DNA from: Myxococcales bacterium UBA1203
GTDB taxonomy: Bacteria; Myxococcota; Myxococcia; Myxococcales; UBA5297
Length of the DNA: 64,000 bases
Direction of reading: 5' to 3'
Assembly (NCBI GenBank): GCA_002309695.1
Contig: DBXV01000004.1
Location: 36,458-100,457, forward strand
Shown: positions 35,057 to 44,561 of the stretch, piece by piece
Layout of the letters: every line of letters starts with the position of its first letter
Numbering within the stretch: position 1 is the stretch's first letter
Notes under the pieces: generated by a model
What the model saw: only the letters and a program-made list of their open reading frames with translations
What the model was told of the DNA's origin: nothing
The model's database searches: none
Program-made: the position numbers and the translations under genes

Positions 35057-35682
35057 CACCGCGCTTCAAGCCTGTGGCTGACGAGCTCCACCAGCGCCTG
35101 CGGAATCAGCTGGCTGCCGTCCCTGAGCTTCGTCTCAATTTTCACGATGCCCACGCCCGGCGCGTAGGTCCACTCGTTCTCCAGCTGCTTCGTGCTGTCG
35201 ATGCGGTTGGAGGCATGGACCACCACGCAGTGCTCAAATTTGCCGGCAGGCGTCTCAACGGTGACGTCCGTCCCGGTGATTTCGTAGCGCTCCGTCGAAG
35301 AAGGACTCACCACCGCCATCCATTTGCTGCCGCGCGCAATCGGGTTTTTCAGCAGGTAGCGCTTGTCGTCGCGCAGCCCGTCCCGGTCGATTTTCATCCG
35401 GCCGCCCGCGTCATCGACGAAAAAACCCTGATCGATGCCCAGCGTGGTGATGCTCTTTTCCACCGTCTGGCCGCCCATCGTTCCCCGGTAAGTCCATCGG
35501 TTGCCGATGGCCAGAGGCTGGTAGTCCGACGCCTGCGCGGCTCCGGAGACCGGCACAGATGAATCGGAAGCAGCGGAACCGGCGGCGCTGCCATTGGCAG
35601 AAGCACCGTTTGTGGACGCGCAGGCGGCCGTCAGAAGAACGGCCGCAGCGGCAGGGAGCAGAAGTCTGTGAGGCATGCGCAT
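35056..35682 (-). CDS. hypothetical lipoprotein
   Basis: I prefer ATG 35682 (MRMPHRLLLPAAAAVLLTAACAS, lipobox LTAAC). Ser/Ala/Gly-rich linker then a beta-rich domain. The track ORF extends to GTG 35715. Confidence 0.6.
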   Translation of the reverse strand: MRMPHRLLLPAAAAVLLTAACASTNGASANGSAAGSAASDSSVPVSGAAQASDYQPLAIGNRWTYRGTMGGQTVEKSITTLGIDQGFFVDDAGGRMKIDRDGLRDDKRYLLKNPIARGSKWMAVVSPSSTERYEITGTDVTVETPAGKFEHCVVVHASNRIDSTKQLENEWTYAPGVGIVKIETKLRDGSQLIPQALVELVSHRLEAR

Positions 35683-35740
35683 GTGCAAAAGGTGTCCTTT
35701 CTGTTCCCCGCGCACCTGCCGGGAAACATTCAGTCATCAG

Positions 35741-36730
35741 TCAGTTCTTCTCGTTTTCAGCATCTGCGGGATGCGCGGCCTGCCCGTCCGCCGGCCTGCC
35801 GGCCATTTCAGCCAGCTGTGCCCGCGCCGCCGCACGGATGTCCTCGTCCGGATGCCCGCCGGCCAGGGTGAACAGATAGCCCTCGGCCATCTCGCCCCCC
35901 AGCTGCCCGACGGCGGCCATGAGCGTCACCTTCTCTTCGACCGACCCCACGTGCTCGGCGGCGTCAATCAGGGCGGGAACAGCTGACGGCGAACCGCTCT
36001 CCGCCAGAATCCCGGCCGCGTGAAGGACGAGCTCAGACTCCGTCCCCTCGCTCGAAACCAGCCGCATCAGGGGTTCCAGCGCATCGGTCGGGTCGCGTCC
36101 GTCCAGCGCACGCAGCGCCCGGGCGCGCCGCTCAAACGACGTCGAGGAAAGCGCCTCTCCCAGCTCCCGGGTCGTCAAATCCATGTCGGCCAGCTGCGGT
36201 CCCAGCTGCAGAAGCGCCGCTTCCAGAGCCCGCCCGAGAGCCGTGACAAAAACCTCTCTGCGCGCATCGTCGGACACACCGGCAGGAAGAGAAGCCCTGC
36301 CCATGCCATCCGCGGAAACGGCGATTTCTTCCGAACCCGCGGACTCCCCCGGGCGCAGCAGCCGGATTTCCAGCTCAATCGACGCGTCCTTCCCGCCGCT
36401 GACCACCTCGGAGGGCTCCGTCCGGGCCGAATAGATAATCAGCTGAAAGATGAAAGCTCTGGCCGGATTGCCGGGCTTCCTCCCGCGGGTGAGGACGGTC
36501 AGGTGCTTCATCGGCGCCATGGCGCGGCTCAGCTTTTTGCGCAGCGTCTTTTCGTCGAAGAACACCTCACTGCGGCCAGGCTCCACGTCATTCTGGGTCG
36601 CCCGGAACGAAATAATCTCCCAGACCTTCCCGTCGGCGCTGCCGCGGTGGCATCCCGAAGCCGCGGCCAGGACGGCAAAGAGGCAGAGGACGCCAAGTTT
36701 TCGGACAACCCGTAGTGCAGTCATCGGCAC
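35741..36730 (-). CDS. HEAT-repeat (PBS-lyase-like) lipoprotein
   Basis: Lipobox LAAASGC. C-terminal half has HEAT-like repeats (DGRDPTDALEPLMRLVSSEGTESELVLHAAGILAESGSPSAVPALIDAAEHVGSVEEKVTLMAAVGQLGG). Start is GTG 36730 or ATG 36724. Confidence 0.65.
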   Translation of the reverse strand: MPMTALRVVRKLGVLCLFAVLAAASGCHRGSADGKVWEIISFRATQNDVEPGRSEVFFDEKTLRKKLSRAMAPMKHLTVLTRGRKPGNPARAFIFQLIIYSARTEPSEVVSGGKDASIELEIRLLRPGESAGSEEIAVSADGMGRASLPAGVSDDARREVFVTALGRALEAALLQLGPQLADMDLTTRELGEALSSTSFERRARALRALDGRDPTDALEPLMRLVSSEGTESELVLHAAGILAESGSPSAVPALIDAAEHVGSVEEKVTLMAAVGQLGGEMAEGYLFTLAGGHPDEDIRAAARAQLAEMAGRPADGQAAHPADAENEKN

Positions 36731-36803
36731 GCATCCGGTCAGCGTTCAGGACGAAAGGGGCGGCGCTTTTAATCGGCACAGTCAGAGCGTCAATCGCCCC
36801 TCC

Positions 36804-37760
36804 TCAGGCCTCGCCCATGCCGCCGGAGGCGCCGTACCAGGCAGCGGGCAGTCCTGCTTCGTCCCTCACCCGCCCGGCAATGTCCCGCAGCGCCTCGTCG
36901 GGCAAAGGCTGGAAGGGACCGCCGCGGGACGAGCGCGCAGACGTGTAAACCTGAACGCCCCGAATCGCCGCGCCGCCCGCCTTCAAATCGCGCAGGCGGC
37001 CAATCCACGCGCCGATTTCCGCGGGCTGAGGCGGCTCACCTTCGAGAACGCCGAACATGCTCTGGATGAACAGCGGACGGCGGCGCCCCTCGGCCAGCAG
37101 ATTGTCCAAAACCAGCGAAAACGGCACGCGCGCGCGGTTCATGCTCAGGTAGTGCGCCTCTGTTCCCGCATCGAGTTTGGCCCAGATTTCCGCCATCTCA
37201 GGCCCAAGCGCTTCCAGCCCGCGCTGAACGCGGGGCAGGTGCAGCGCCGTGGCATTGGTGATGAGCACCGCTTTGGGAGCGGGCCATTCGCCGCTGCCGC
37301 GCGCCGCGTCTCCCAGACGGCGAATCAGCCGGCAGACCTCGGCAAAGGAGGGCGACAGCGTCGGCTCGCCGGAACCGCTGAGGGCGATGTCGTTCAGCCG
37401 CCGAAATGCGGGCGGCGTCTCACGGAACTGCGCCAGCTGAAACAGCTGCCCGGAGAGCGCCAGGCCGAGAGCACTTTTCAGCTCACTTTCGAGGACATCC
37501 ATCGCCGCGGGGCGGGCCAGCGCCTGAGGATGCGCGCCTTTGTCCGCGTCCGCGCTGGCGGACAGCTCTTCCTGCGTGACGGGGTCGCCCTCTCGCTTCG
37601 CCAGTTCGCTGCAATAGACGCAGCGGAACGTGCAGCGCTCATGCGTCAGGTCGATGCCGATAGAGGCGCCCCGGGAACGCCGGCTGATCACGGGATAGAC
37701 GTAGCGGTTGTTCTCAAAACTGCGGTCGTGGTGCTGGAAGACATTCATGTTCGTGCTCAC
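36804..37760 (-). CDS. radical SAM protein, uncharacterised family (COG0731/TYW1-like core; N-terminal YVYPVISRRSRGASIGIDL...CTFRCVYC)
   Basis: CxxxCxxC (CTFRCVYC) radical-SAM cluster motif and Gly-rich SAM motif GSGEPTL. The track start is GTG 37760, which overlaps the ampG stop; the first ATG is at 37748 (MNVFQHH). Confidence 0.75.
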   Translation of the reverse strand: MSTNMNVFQHHDRSFENNRYVYPVISRRSRGASIGIDLTHERCTFRCVYCSELAKREGDPVTQEELSASADADKGAHPQALARPAAMDVLESELKSALGLALSGQLFQLAQFRETPPAFRRLNDIALSGSGEPTLSPSFAEVCRLIRRLGDAARGSGEWPAPKAVLITNATALHLPRVQRGLEALGPEMAEIWAKLDAGTEAHYLSMNRARVPFSLVLDNLLAEGRRRPLFIQSMFGVLEGEPPQPAEIGAWIGRLRDLKAGGAAIRGVQVYTSARSSRGGPFQPLPDEALRDIAGRVRDEAGLPAAWYGASGGMGEA

Positions 37761-39376
37761 TCCTTCGTTTTTTCGGCAGCGCAGGCTTTGAGGTCCCTGA
37801 TTCGAGCGGCGGCCGCGGTCAGAGCCGCACCCAGTCCGGCGCAGAGGGCGCCCAGCAGCGGCAGACAGCCTCCCAGCGAGTCAGGGCAAAAGAACCCGCG
37901 CAGCCAGCCGCCCATCTGAAACGCGCCGCCTTCATTCCAGGCTTTCAGCGCGTCGAGGCCGGCCAGCACTGCCGAGGCAGCCGGGAAAACCAGCACAAAC
38001 CCGCACAGCGCCGGAAGTGCCAGCCGTGACCAGGGAAGATGCCGCCAGAAATCATCGTCCGCCTCAGCGGCGCAGGCATCCGCTTCATCGCTCCCCTCGA
38101 TGCCGGCAGGCAGGTCCTTCATCCGCCAGGGCACAAAGCGCTGGAGCAGCAGAAGTCCGGGAACGCTGAACAGGATGGAGAGGATGAAGAAGTTCCTCCA
38201 GCCGAAGGCGTCCGCGAGGCTGGCCGCCAGAGGTCCGCACAGCGTCCGGCCCAGAGCAAACATGCTGGAAAAGAGGGCGTACTGCGTGGCGCTGAACCGC
38301 CTGGAGGTCAGCCGCAGAAGAAGAACCATGAAGGCGCCGGTTCCGAGGCCAGAGGTGCCGGAATCGAGAATGGTGGCGGCGTAGAGCAGCGGCTGATTGG
38401 GCCCCGCAGCGGCGACGGCCGCATAGCCTGCATTGCCGAATGCCTGGAGAATCCCGAAGACCCACAGCGCGCGGCCGACGCCAATCTTCCCCGTGAGCAG
38501 GCCGCCCAGGAATGTCCCCGCCAGCGTCGCGGCGAGGCCCACCGTTCCGCTGGCTACGCCCACGACGAAGGTCGAGAAGCCGACCTCCACCAGAAAGGGC
38601 CTCACGAGGGACACCGCCAGATTGTCGGCCAGCTTGTAGAGCAGCAGGAAGGCGACGATTTCCAGTGCGCGGGGCTTGGACAGAAAGCCGACAAAGGGCG
38701 CCACGACCGATTCGGCAAAGGACTGAGGTCTGGGCGGCGGGTGCGCCGGAGCCGGAGCCAGAAACGCCGACGGCGTCATCAGCAGGAACACAACAGCCAG
38801 AGCGCCCATCGTCCATCCCCATCCCAGAGGGCTGTCCGGCGACATGATGCAGACGCCGCTGAGCGTGATGGCGAAGGAGCCGCCGAGCCACATGGCCGCC
38901 CGATACACGGCGGAGCGAAGTCCGACAGCCGCGCCCTGCTCGTCCTTTTCCAGCGTCTCCACGGCGTAGGCATCGACGGCGATGTCCTGAGTGGCCGAGG
39001 CAAATGCCAGGGCAAAGGACAGGACAATCACCGCGCCGGCGGACGGCATCCCCGCCTGGAGTGCCAGCAGTCCCGTGAGAAGGGCCAGCGCCAGCTGAGA
39101 CGCCAGCGTCCACCCGCGCTTCCCTCCCAGAAACGGCAGCGACAGCCTGTCCACCAGCGGCGACCAGAGAAACTTGAAGGCGTAGGGCGCCTGGGCCGCG
39201 GTCACGAGTCCCACAGTGCGAAGGTCTGCCCCTGCCATCGTCATCCACGCGGGGATGGAAATGGTGATGAGCCCCAGCGGCAGTCCCGAGGAAAACGACT
39301 GTACGGCGACGGCTGACAGGCGCGGGCTCGCCAGAACTGCCTTCAATTTGTGTGTGAGCGCTGTGAGCTTGGTCAT
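37757..39376 (-). CDS. ampG: AmpG-family MFS muropeptide permease
   Basis: 539 aa; AVQSFSSGLPLGLITISIPAWMTMAGADLRTVGLVTAAQAPYAFKFLWSPLVDR is the AmpG/PAT-family signature. 12-14 predicted TM helices plus a ~100-aa Cys-containing C-terminal extension. Confidence 0.8.
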   Translation of the reverse strand: MTKLTALTHKLKAVLASPRLSAVAVQSFSSGLPLGLITISIPAWMTMAGADLRTVGLVTAAQAPYAFKFLWSPLVDRLSLPFLGGKRGWTLASQLALALLTGLLALQAGMPSAGAVIVLSFALAFASATQDIAVDAYAVETLEKDEQGAAVGLRSAVYRAAMWLGGSFAITLSGVCIMSPDSPLGWGWTMGALAVVFLLMTPSAFLAPAPAHPPPRPQSFAESVVAPFVGFLSKPRALEIVAFLLLYKLADNLAVSLVRPFLVEVGFSTFVVGVASGTVGLAATLAGTFLGGLLTGKIGVGRALWVFGILQAFGNAGYAAVAAAGPNQPLLYAATILDSGTSGLGTGAFMVLLLRLTSRRFSATQYALFSSMFALGRTLCGPLAASLADAFGWRNFFILSILFSVPGLLLLQRFVPWRMKDLPAGIEGSDEADACAAEADDDFWRHLPWSRLALPALCGFVLVFPAASAVLAGLDALKAWNEGGAFQMGGWLRGFFCPDSLGGCLPLLGALCAGLGAALTAAAARIRDLKACAAEKTKE

Positions 39377-39576
39377 GCCCGTGAAAAATCGGCGGAGAAC
39401 GGGGCGGAAGGCGGCGTCTGAACCGCCGGCGCGCCGGATTCCTCAGAGGCGGCCAAAAACAAAACGGCCGCTTCCCCTGAGGAACGGGAAACGGCCGCTG
39501 CAAAACTGAGATTTATCTGACGTGCATGAACCGCTGATTCCGAAGCCCGGCACAAATCTGAGCGGAAGGAGTCACC

Positions 39577-40083
39577 TCACATGCCGCCGCGTTCCACGGT
39601 GACGCCGCCCTCGACGCTCGTGGCCGCGCCCGAGGAAGCTGCGCCATCGCCGCGCTCCACCACGACGCCGTTTTCCTTGCCGTCGGCGGAGCCGGAGGAC
39701 TTCTTGGCGGCCTCAGCCTTCTTCGCCTCTTCGGCCTTCTTCTGCTCATCGATGCGCTTGGCGTGCTGCTCGCGGGACTTGTCGATGGAGGAGCCCTTGG
39801 AGGCGTGCATCATTGTCGAGTTGTAGGACGCCCGGGACACGTTGTTGTCCTTCAGGACCTGCTTCTCGATCTCCATGCTCTTCTTTTCGTACTTCTGCCG
39901 CTCGTGAGCGTTGAGCTGCTCGGGGCTGCGGCCGTCAAATTCCTTCTTCAGGTATTCCTGCCTCTGCGAATCCATCTCAGCGGTCAGACGGCCGGCGTCA
40001 TCGTTGGACAGGCGCTGGGCCATGGCGGCGGACGACGAGAAAGCGAGAGCAAAGGCGCACACTGCGAGTGCAATTCGTTTCAT
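39577..40083 (-). CDS. secreted Lys/Glu-rich hypothetical protein
   Basis: Signal peptide MKRIALAVCAFALAFSSSAAMA; AGGAG RBS; charged helical body. Confidence 0.55.
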   Translation of the reverse strand: MKRIALAVCAFALAFSSSAAMAQRLSNDDAGRLTAEMDSQRQEYLKKEFDGRSPEQLNAHERQKYEKKSMEIEKQVLKDNNVSRASYNSTMMHASKGSSIDKSREQHAKRIDEQKKAEEAKKAEAAKKSSGSADGKENGVVVERGDGAASSGAATSVEGGVTVERGGM

Positions 40084-40167
40084 TGGGCATCTCCTGGGTC
40101 AGAAGGGTTGCTTCCAAAAAAGGCGCGGCGTCTTTGGGTCAACGCCATCAGGCCGTCAAGCGCCGCC

Positions 40168-40845
40168 TCAGCTGAGAAGGCTCCGGGCAATCCTCAGCGA
40201 TTCAGCGTCGGTCCTGCGGGACTCGGCGATTTTGCGGACGGCCATCCCGCGGGTCACTTCATCCGCCGCGCGAATGACAGGCACGGTGAGACCGCGAAAC
40301 CGGATGAAGCAGATGGACAGGCACCAGGCCACAGCCATCCGCGCGTAGTAGGCGGGACAATCCGCCCGGGGCAGGCGCTCCAGAACGCGCCCCACATGCG
40401 CTTCATCGACGAAGTGACAGAGCATCAGCACCACGGCGAAGCGGACAGGAAACTCGCCGCCCCTCTCCAGCTGGGAATCCACGAATCGAAACGACTCCTC
40501 GGGCCATTTGCGGACGCCTTTCAGCCCGGCGCACACGCTGTCGCAGACGGACCAGTTGTCGATTTTGGGGACGAAGGCTCCGACGAGGGGAAACAGCTCT
40601 TCGGCAGGCAGTTTCAGACAGCCCAGAACCATGCCCTGGAGCATGACTTCCTCGAACGAGGCGTCCGTCAGAATCCCGCTGAAGGAGAGGCCGTTCTCGC
40701 GGGCGATTCGCGCCGCCAGCCTGCGCAGCGTCGGCAGCCGCACGCCCATGAGCCCTGTGACGCCGGGCAGAAGTTTCCCCGAAAAATCCCGATAAGCGGG
40801 CTCGGCGCAGCGGTTCAGCTCGGCCAGAAGTTCGTCCCTGTTCAT
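40168..40845 (-). CDS. DNA alkylation repair protein (AlkD/AlkC-like HEAT-repeat glycosylase family)
   Basis: I prefer ATG 40845 (MNRDELLAEL) with a GGAAGGA RBS. NWSVCDSVC and the overall helical repeat pattern match the DNA_alkylation family. Confidence 0.7.
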   Translation of the reverse strand: MNRDELLAELNRCAEPAYRDFSGKLLPGVTGLMGVRLPTLRRLAARIARENGLSFSGILTDASFEEVMLQGMVLGCLKLPAEELFPLVGAFVPKIDNWSVCDSVCAGLKGVRKWPEESFRFVDSQLERGGEFPVRFAVVLMLCHFVDEAHVGRVLERLPRADCPAYYARMAVAWCLSICFIRFRGLTVPVIRAADEVTRGMAVRKIAESRRTDAESLRIARSLLS

Positions 40846-40888
40846 GTTCCCCGCGTCCTTCCCGCCGGACCGCACCTCGGCGCGCGCC

Positions 40889-42166
40889 TCAGTACATGCG
40901 AATGATTTCGGCCCCCCGGTAGTAGTGCTCCAGAATCTGCCGGTAGTTCTTGCCCTGCGCGGCCAGCCGGTTGGCGCCCCACTGGCACATGCCCGCGCCG
41001 TGGCCGAAGCCCTTGCCGGAAAAGGTGAAGCGGTCCCCCTTCCGCTCCTTTTCCACGGAAAACCACAGGCTCTTGAGCTCGCCGTAGCCCAGCCGGCGCC
41101 GCACCTCGACGCCCGTCATCTCCTTCGTGGCTTTGGCGCTCTTGAGCTCGACCTTTTCCACGCGGCCGGTGGCGCTTCTGGACGTCACGCGAATGCTGCG
41201 GAGGCCGGGAATCAGCTTCTCCATCTCCCTGCCCGTAAACGTGTGCTTCCAGGACGACTGCGGCACCTCTTTGCAGGGGCAGCTGACCGGCTTGAGGTAA
41301 TCGAGCGGCCGCCCCAGCGCCGCGCCGCCGTCCTCGGTCTTTCCGCCGCAGCTCGAATGGAAATAGGCCTCCACGAGGTCCATTTTGTAGATGAGGACCT
41401 CCCCCCGCGTGGCGTCCACAGCCACCCGCGTTCTGGGGTCTTCGGCCCGCGTCCCGCCGTAAACCTGATGCAGGACCGTGGAGCCCAGATGGTAGGGCTT
41501 GCCCCAGGCGGCGATTTTCTTCTGCAGCGCATAGGTGCGGGCGGCGACGGCCTGAGCCTTGAGCGCCTCGGGAGGAAAAGACGCGGGCATCTCTGAGCCC
41601 AGGACGGCGTGGAGATACGACTCAAGAGGCACCACGTTGATGGCTGTGAGGCCGCCTTTGCTCCCGGGCCGGACCTCGATTTGCCCCCTCACCGGCTTGT
41701 CCGCGGCGTGGACCACCTCTTCGGAGCGGTAGCGGACGCCGTCGGGCGACGTGACCTTCACGCCATCGAGGTACATCCCGTCTTTTTTCAGGGTGACAAC
41801 CGACTTGCCGTCCCTGGCTTTGACGTAGCGGCCGCCCTCGGTCAGCAGGCGCACCTCCAGTCCCTTGCCCGAGAGGCGCACCTCTTTGACCCCCTCGGCG
41901 ATGGCAATGCGCACCGTCTCCTCCGCCGACGCCGGCGCCGGCAGCAGAATGAGGAGCAGCATGACCAGAAGGAGGAAGGCGCGGCGCAATGCGAAAGGTC
42001 CGGAAAAATTGGGGGAGGCAGGGACGTTGTAAAACGGCGAAAAAAAGAACCGCCCCGAATGAAAGCCGGGACCTTTAGCGAAGGCGCTTTTGACGAAACA
42101 ACCGGGGAAATCCGGGGACACGAAGCGGCTGGCAGGTCTGAAAAGCGGCGAAATGCCGTCAAGCAT
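40889..42166 (-). CDS. SpoIID/LytB domain protein (peptidoglycan-associated)
   Basis: GKGFGHGAGMCQWGANRLAAQGKNYRQILEHYY is the SpoIID/LytB signature. A signal-like segment (RRAFLLLVMLLLILLPAPASA) lies ~55 aa inside the track ORF, so the true start is probably a non-ATG codon near 41990-42010. Confidence 0.7.
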   Translation of the reverse strand: MLDGISPLFRPASRFVSPDFPGCFVKSAFAKGPGFHSGRFFFSPFYNVPASPNFSGPFALRRAFLLLVMLLLILLPAPASAEETVRIAIAEGVKEVRLSGKGLEVRLLTEGGRYVKARDGKSVVTLKKDGMYLDGVKVTSPDGVRYRSEEVVHAADKPVRGQIEVRPGSKGGLTAINVVPLESYLHAVLGSEMPASFPPEALKAQAVAARTYALQKKIAAWGKPYHLGSTVLHQVYGGTRAEDPRTRVAVDATRGEVLIYKMDLVEAYFHSSCGGKTEDGGAALGRPLDYLKPVSCPCKEVPQSSWKHTFTGREMEKLIPGLRSIRVTSRSATGRVEKVELKSAKATKEMTGVEVRRRLGYGELKSLWFSVEKERKGDRFTFSGKGFGHGAGMCQWGANRLAAQGKNYRQILEHYYRGAEIIRMY

Positions 42167-42227
42167 TCATCTGGGGGAGCCCAATGAGGGGGACGCACCT
42201 CACGGCCGGACTTTTTGGGTGTCCCCG

Positions 42228-44321
42228 TCAGTCAGGCTTGACGACGGCAGCGCTGCTGAGAGGTCCGCCCGCGGTCCAGAAGGCTCTGACTTCCCCGATG
42301 TCTGAGCACCGCCTGGCCGGAGGCAGACTCTTCAAAAAAGCGCCGCCGTAGCGCTTGGTCGTCAGCCGCGGGTCGAGAATTGCCACGATGCCCCTGTCGG
42401 TGCGCGTGCGAATCAGCCGTCCGAAGCCCTGGCGCAGCGACAGCGCCGCCTGCGGCACCTGATAACAGATGAACGGCACGCGCCCCGCCGCCCTGAGCCA
42501 TTCGACCCTGGCCGCCACCACCGGGTCCGTGGGAGAGGCAAAGGGCAGCCTGTCGATGACCACGAGTGACAGCGCCTCGCCGGGAATGTCCACGCCCTCC
42601 CAGAAGCTGTGGGAAGCAAACAGCGCCGACGGCTCGTTCTTAAAGCGGGAAATGAGTGCGCTCCGAGGCGCCTCGCCCTGAATCATCACCGGACAGGGAA
42701 GCCGGCCGCGAAGCAGCGCGTGGGCGAGCGTCATGTTTTTCAGGCTGGTGAAGAGAAGCAGGGCCCGCCCGCCGGTAATCCCGCACAGCGCTTCAATCTC
42801 CTCTGCCGCGCGGCCGATGAACTCCGGCTCGTTGGGCTCAGGAAGATGGCGCGGCGTGTAGAGAGCGGCCTGCTGTCCGTAGTCAAAAGGCGAATCCAGA
42901 AGCAGCTCATCCACGGGCGTCACAAAACGCCGCATCGTCCCCGAATCGCCATGGAAGGCTGTCTCCGAAGCCTCGTTGCCGGCGGCAGCTTTTTCTTCTT
43001 CGGCATTTCCGCCGGCCTGCTCCCCGGACGAAGGAAGCCCCAGCCTTCGGCGGGTAAAATCCAGCCTGCCCTCCGCCGCCAGCGTGGCCGACGTGAAAAT
43101 GATGGTGTCCGCCGTCGTGTAGAGCCGCGACCTGAACTCACGGGCCACATCGATGGGCGCCGCCCGGAGAAACACCTGCGTCTTGCCGCGCCGCTCCTCC
43201 CAATAGACGAAGCCCGGGTCATCCATGGCGGCCATGAACTCCAGACCCGCGGTCAGATCGTTGATGCGGCGGAGGAACGTCTCCTTCTCCACGGATTCGA
43301 GCTGAGAAATGGCACCCGGAAGCGCCCGCAGCGCCTCTGTCAGCGGCTCGATCTGAACGGACAGCTCATCCGCATCGAGAGGCGCCGTCAGCCGCCGGAC
43401 CGGCTCTGTCTCGGGAATGCCCAGGCCGCGCTGATTGAAGAGCCGCGTCCCGAACTGCTCGATGCGCTCCAGAATCATCGGCGCCAGCGGACAGGCGTTC
43501 GGCTCCTGCGAAAGAGCGCGCTCCACGTCCTCCGTCAGCTCATGGATGCGGAAGGCGCACAGCGAGACGCCGAAAAAATCGGTGGCCACGTCCTCCACAG
43601 CGTGCGCCTCGTCGAACACCACCGCCTGATAGGGCGGAATCACCTGCGCCCCGCTCCCGGGAACATCAGTTTTCAGGGCCAGATCGGCGAAGAGCAGGTG
43701 GTGATTGACGATGATGAGGTCGCTGTCCGCCGCCTCGCGCCGCGCACGGGAGACGAAGCACACGCTGTTGTAGGGGCACTTGCGGCCCGGACAGCTTTCA
43801 GAGGCGCAGGACAGCTCTTTCCGGACCTGGCTTCCCTCGGGCAGGTTCAGCTCACTCCACTCGCCTGTCTCCGTCTGCCGGGACCAGCTGACCACCGCCT
43901 CGTATTCGCGCCGGGCACTGGCAAACAGGTGCGCCTGGCCCGCGGTCTCGGCCAGCTCCAGCCGATAGCGGCACAGGTAGTTCGACCTTCCCTTGAGAAC
44001 GGTGGCCTTGAACTCGATGCCCGCCGCCTTGCGGAGCAGGGGCAGGTCCTTGTCGAGAATCTGGTCCTGGAGCGTCTTGGTCGCCGTCGAGACCACCACG
44101 CGCCGCCCGGAGAGAAGCGCCGGAATCAGATACGCCAGCGTCTTGCCCGTGCCCGTTCCGGCCTCCACCAGACAGTAGCGCCGCTCATCCAGCGCCCGGC
44201 GCACCAGCCGCGCCATCTGCAGCTGCTGAGGCCGGTGCTCGTAGGCGGGAAACGCTCTGGCGAGGATGCCGTCAGGGCCGAGATATTTCTGAATCGGGTC
44301 GGAAAAAACGCTCATGGTCAT
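42228..44321 (-). CDS. dinG: ATP-dependent DNA helicase, DinG/Rad3 (XPD) family
   Basis: I prefer ATG 44321 (MTMSVFSDPIQ). Walker A AGTGTGKT, DEAH box FDEAH, Fe-S cluster cysteines (CASESCPGRKCPYNSVC). The first ~80 aa of the track ORF lack homology. Confidence 0.85.
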   Translation of the reverse strand: MTMSVFSDPIQKYLGPDGILARAFPAYEHRPQQLQMARLVRRALDERRYCLVEAGTGTGKTLAYLIPALLSGRRVVVSTATKTLQDQILDKDLPLLRKAAGIEFKATVLKGRSNYLCRYRLELAETAGQAHLFASARREYEAVVSWSRQTETGEWSELNLPEGSQVRKELSCASESCPGRKCPYNSVCFVSRARREAADSDLIIVNHHLLFADLALKTDVPGSGAQVIPPYQAVVFDEAHAVEDVATDFFGVSLCAFRIHELTEDVERALSQEPNACPLAPMILERIEQFGTRLFNQRGLGIPETEPVRRLTAPLDADELSVQIEPLTEALRALPGAISQLESVEKETFLRRINDLTAGLEFMAAMDDPGFVYWEERRGKTQVFLRAAPIDVAREFRSRLYTTADTIIFTSATLAAEGRLDFTRRRLGLPSSGEQAGGNAEEEKAAAGNEASETAFHGDSGTMRRFVTPVDELLLDSPFDYGQQAALYTPRHLPEPNEPEFIGRAAEEIEALCGITGGRALLLFTSLKNMTLAHALLRGRLPCPVMIQGEAPRSALISRFKNEPSALFASHSFWEGVDIPGEALSLVVIDRLPFASPTDPVVAARVEWLRAAGRVPFICYQVPQAALSLRQGFGRLIRTRTDRGIVAILDPRLTTKRYGGAFLKSLPPARRCSDIGEVRAFWTAGGPLSSAAVVKPD

Positions 44322-44561
44322 CGAAAGAAGGAACTGCCGGCAGGGCAAAAGGGCCGGCGCCGATACATGATTCCCGGCAAAAAAAATGCGGCCTGCCGCC
44401 GAAAAAGAGGCCTTAAGCTCCCCCTCTCCTTCACCGCCGGACAAAGCCTCTCTTTGAAGAGGCTCCTCACCTGCCCGCCGTCTGTCCGCGTCTCTGAAAC
44501 TGAAATTTTCGGACGAAGCGCGGCGGCACCCGCAGGAATCCCGGCTTTCCTGAGTCACGCC

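Noticed and set aside
36450-37919. 489-aa plus-strand ORF across the rSAM/ampG junction; also the 60367..61143 minus-strand ORF opposite the DUF362 gene and the 9273..10142 minus-strand ORF opposite the M23 gene
   Set aside because: All lie antisense to genes with recognisable motifs and have Arg/Ala-rich low-complexity translations.
38039-39503. 425-aa (plus) and 472-aa (minus, other frame) Arg/Pro/Gly-rich ORFs overlapping ampG
   Set aside because: Alternative-frame artefacts within the AmpG coding region. AmpG has clear family motifs and TM periodicity.
42609-44555. N-terminal ~650 aa of the 1217-aa plus-strand ORF opposite dinG
   Set aside because: Antisense to the DinG helicase. The real plus-strand gene begins at ATG 44562 with a lipoprotein signal.
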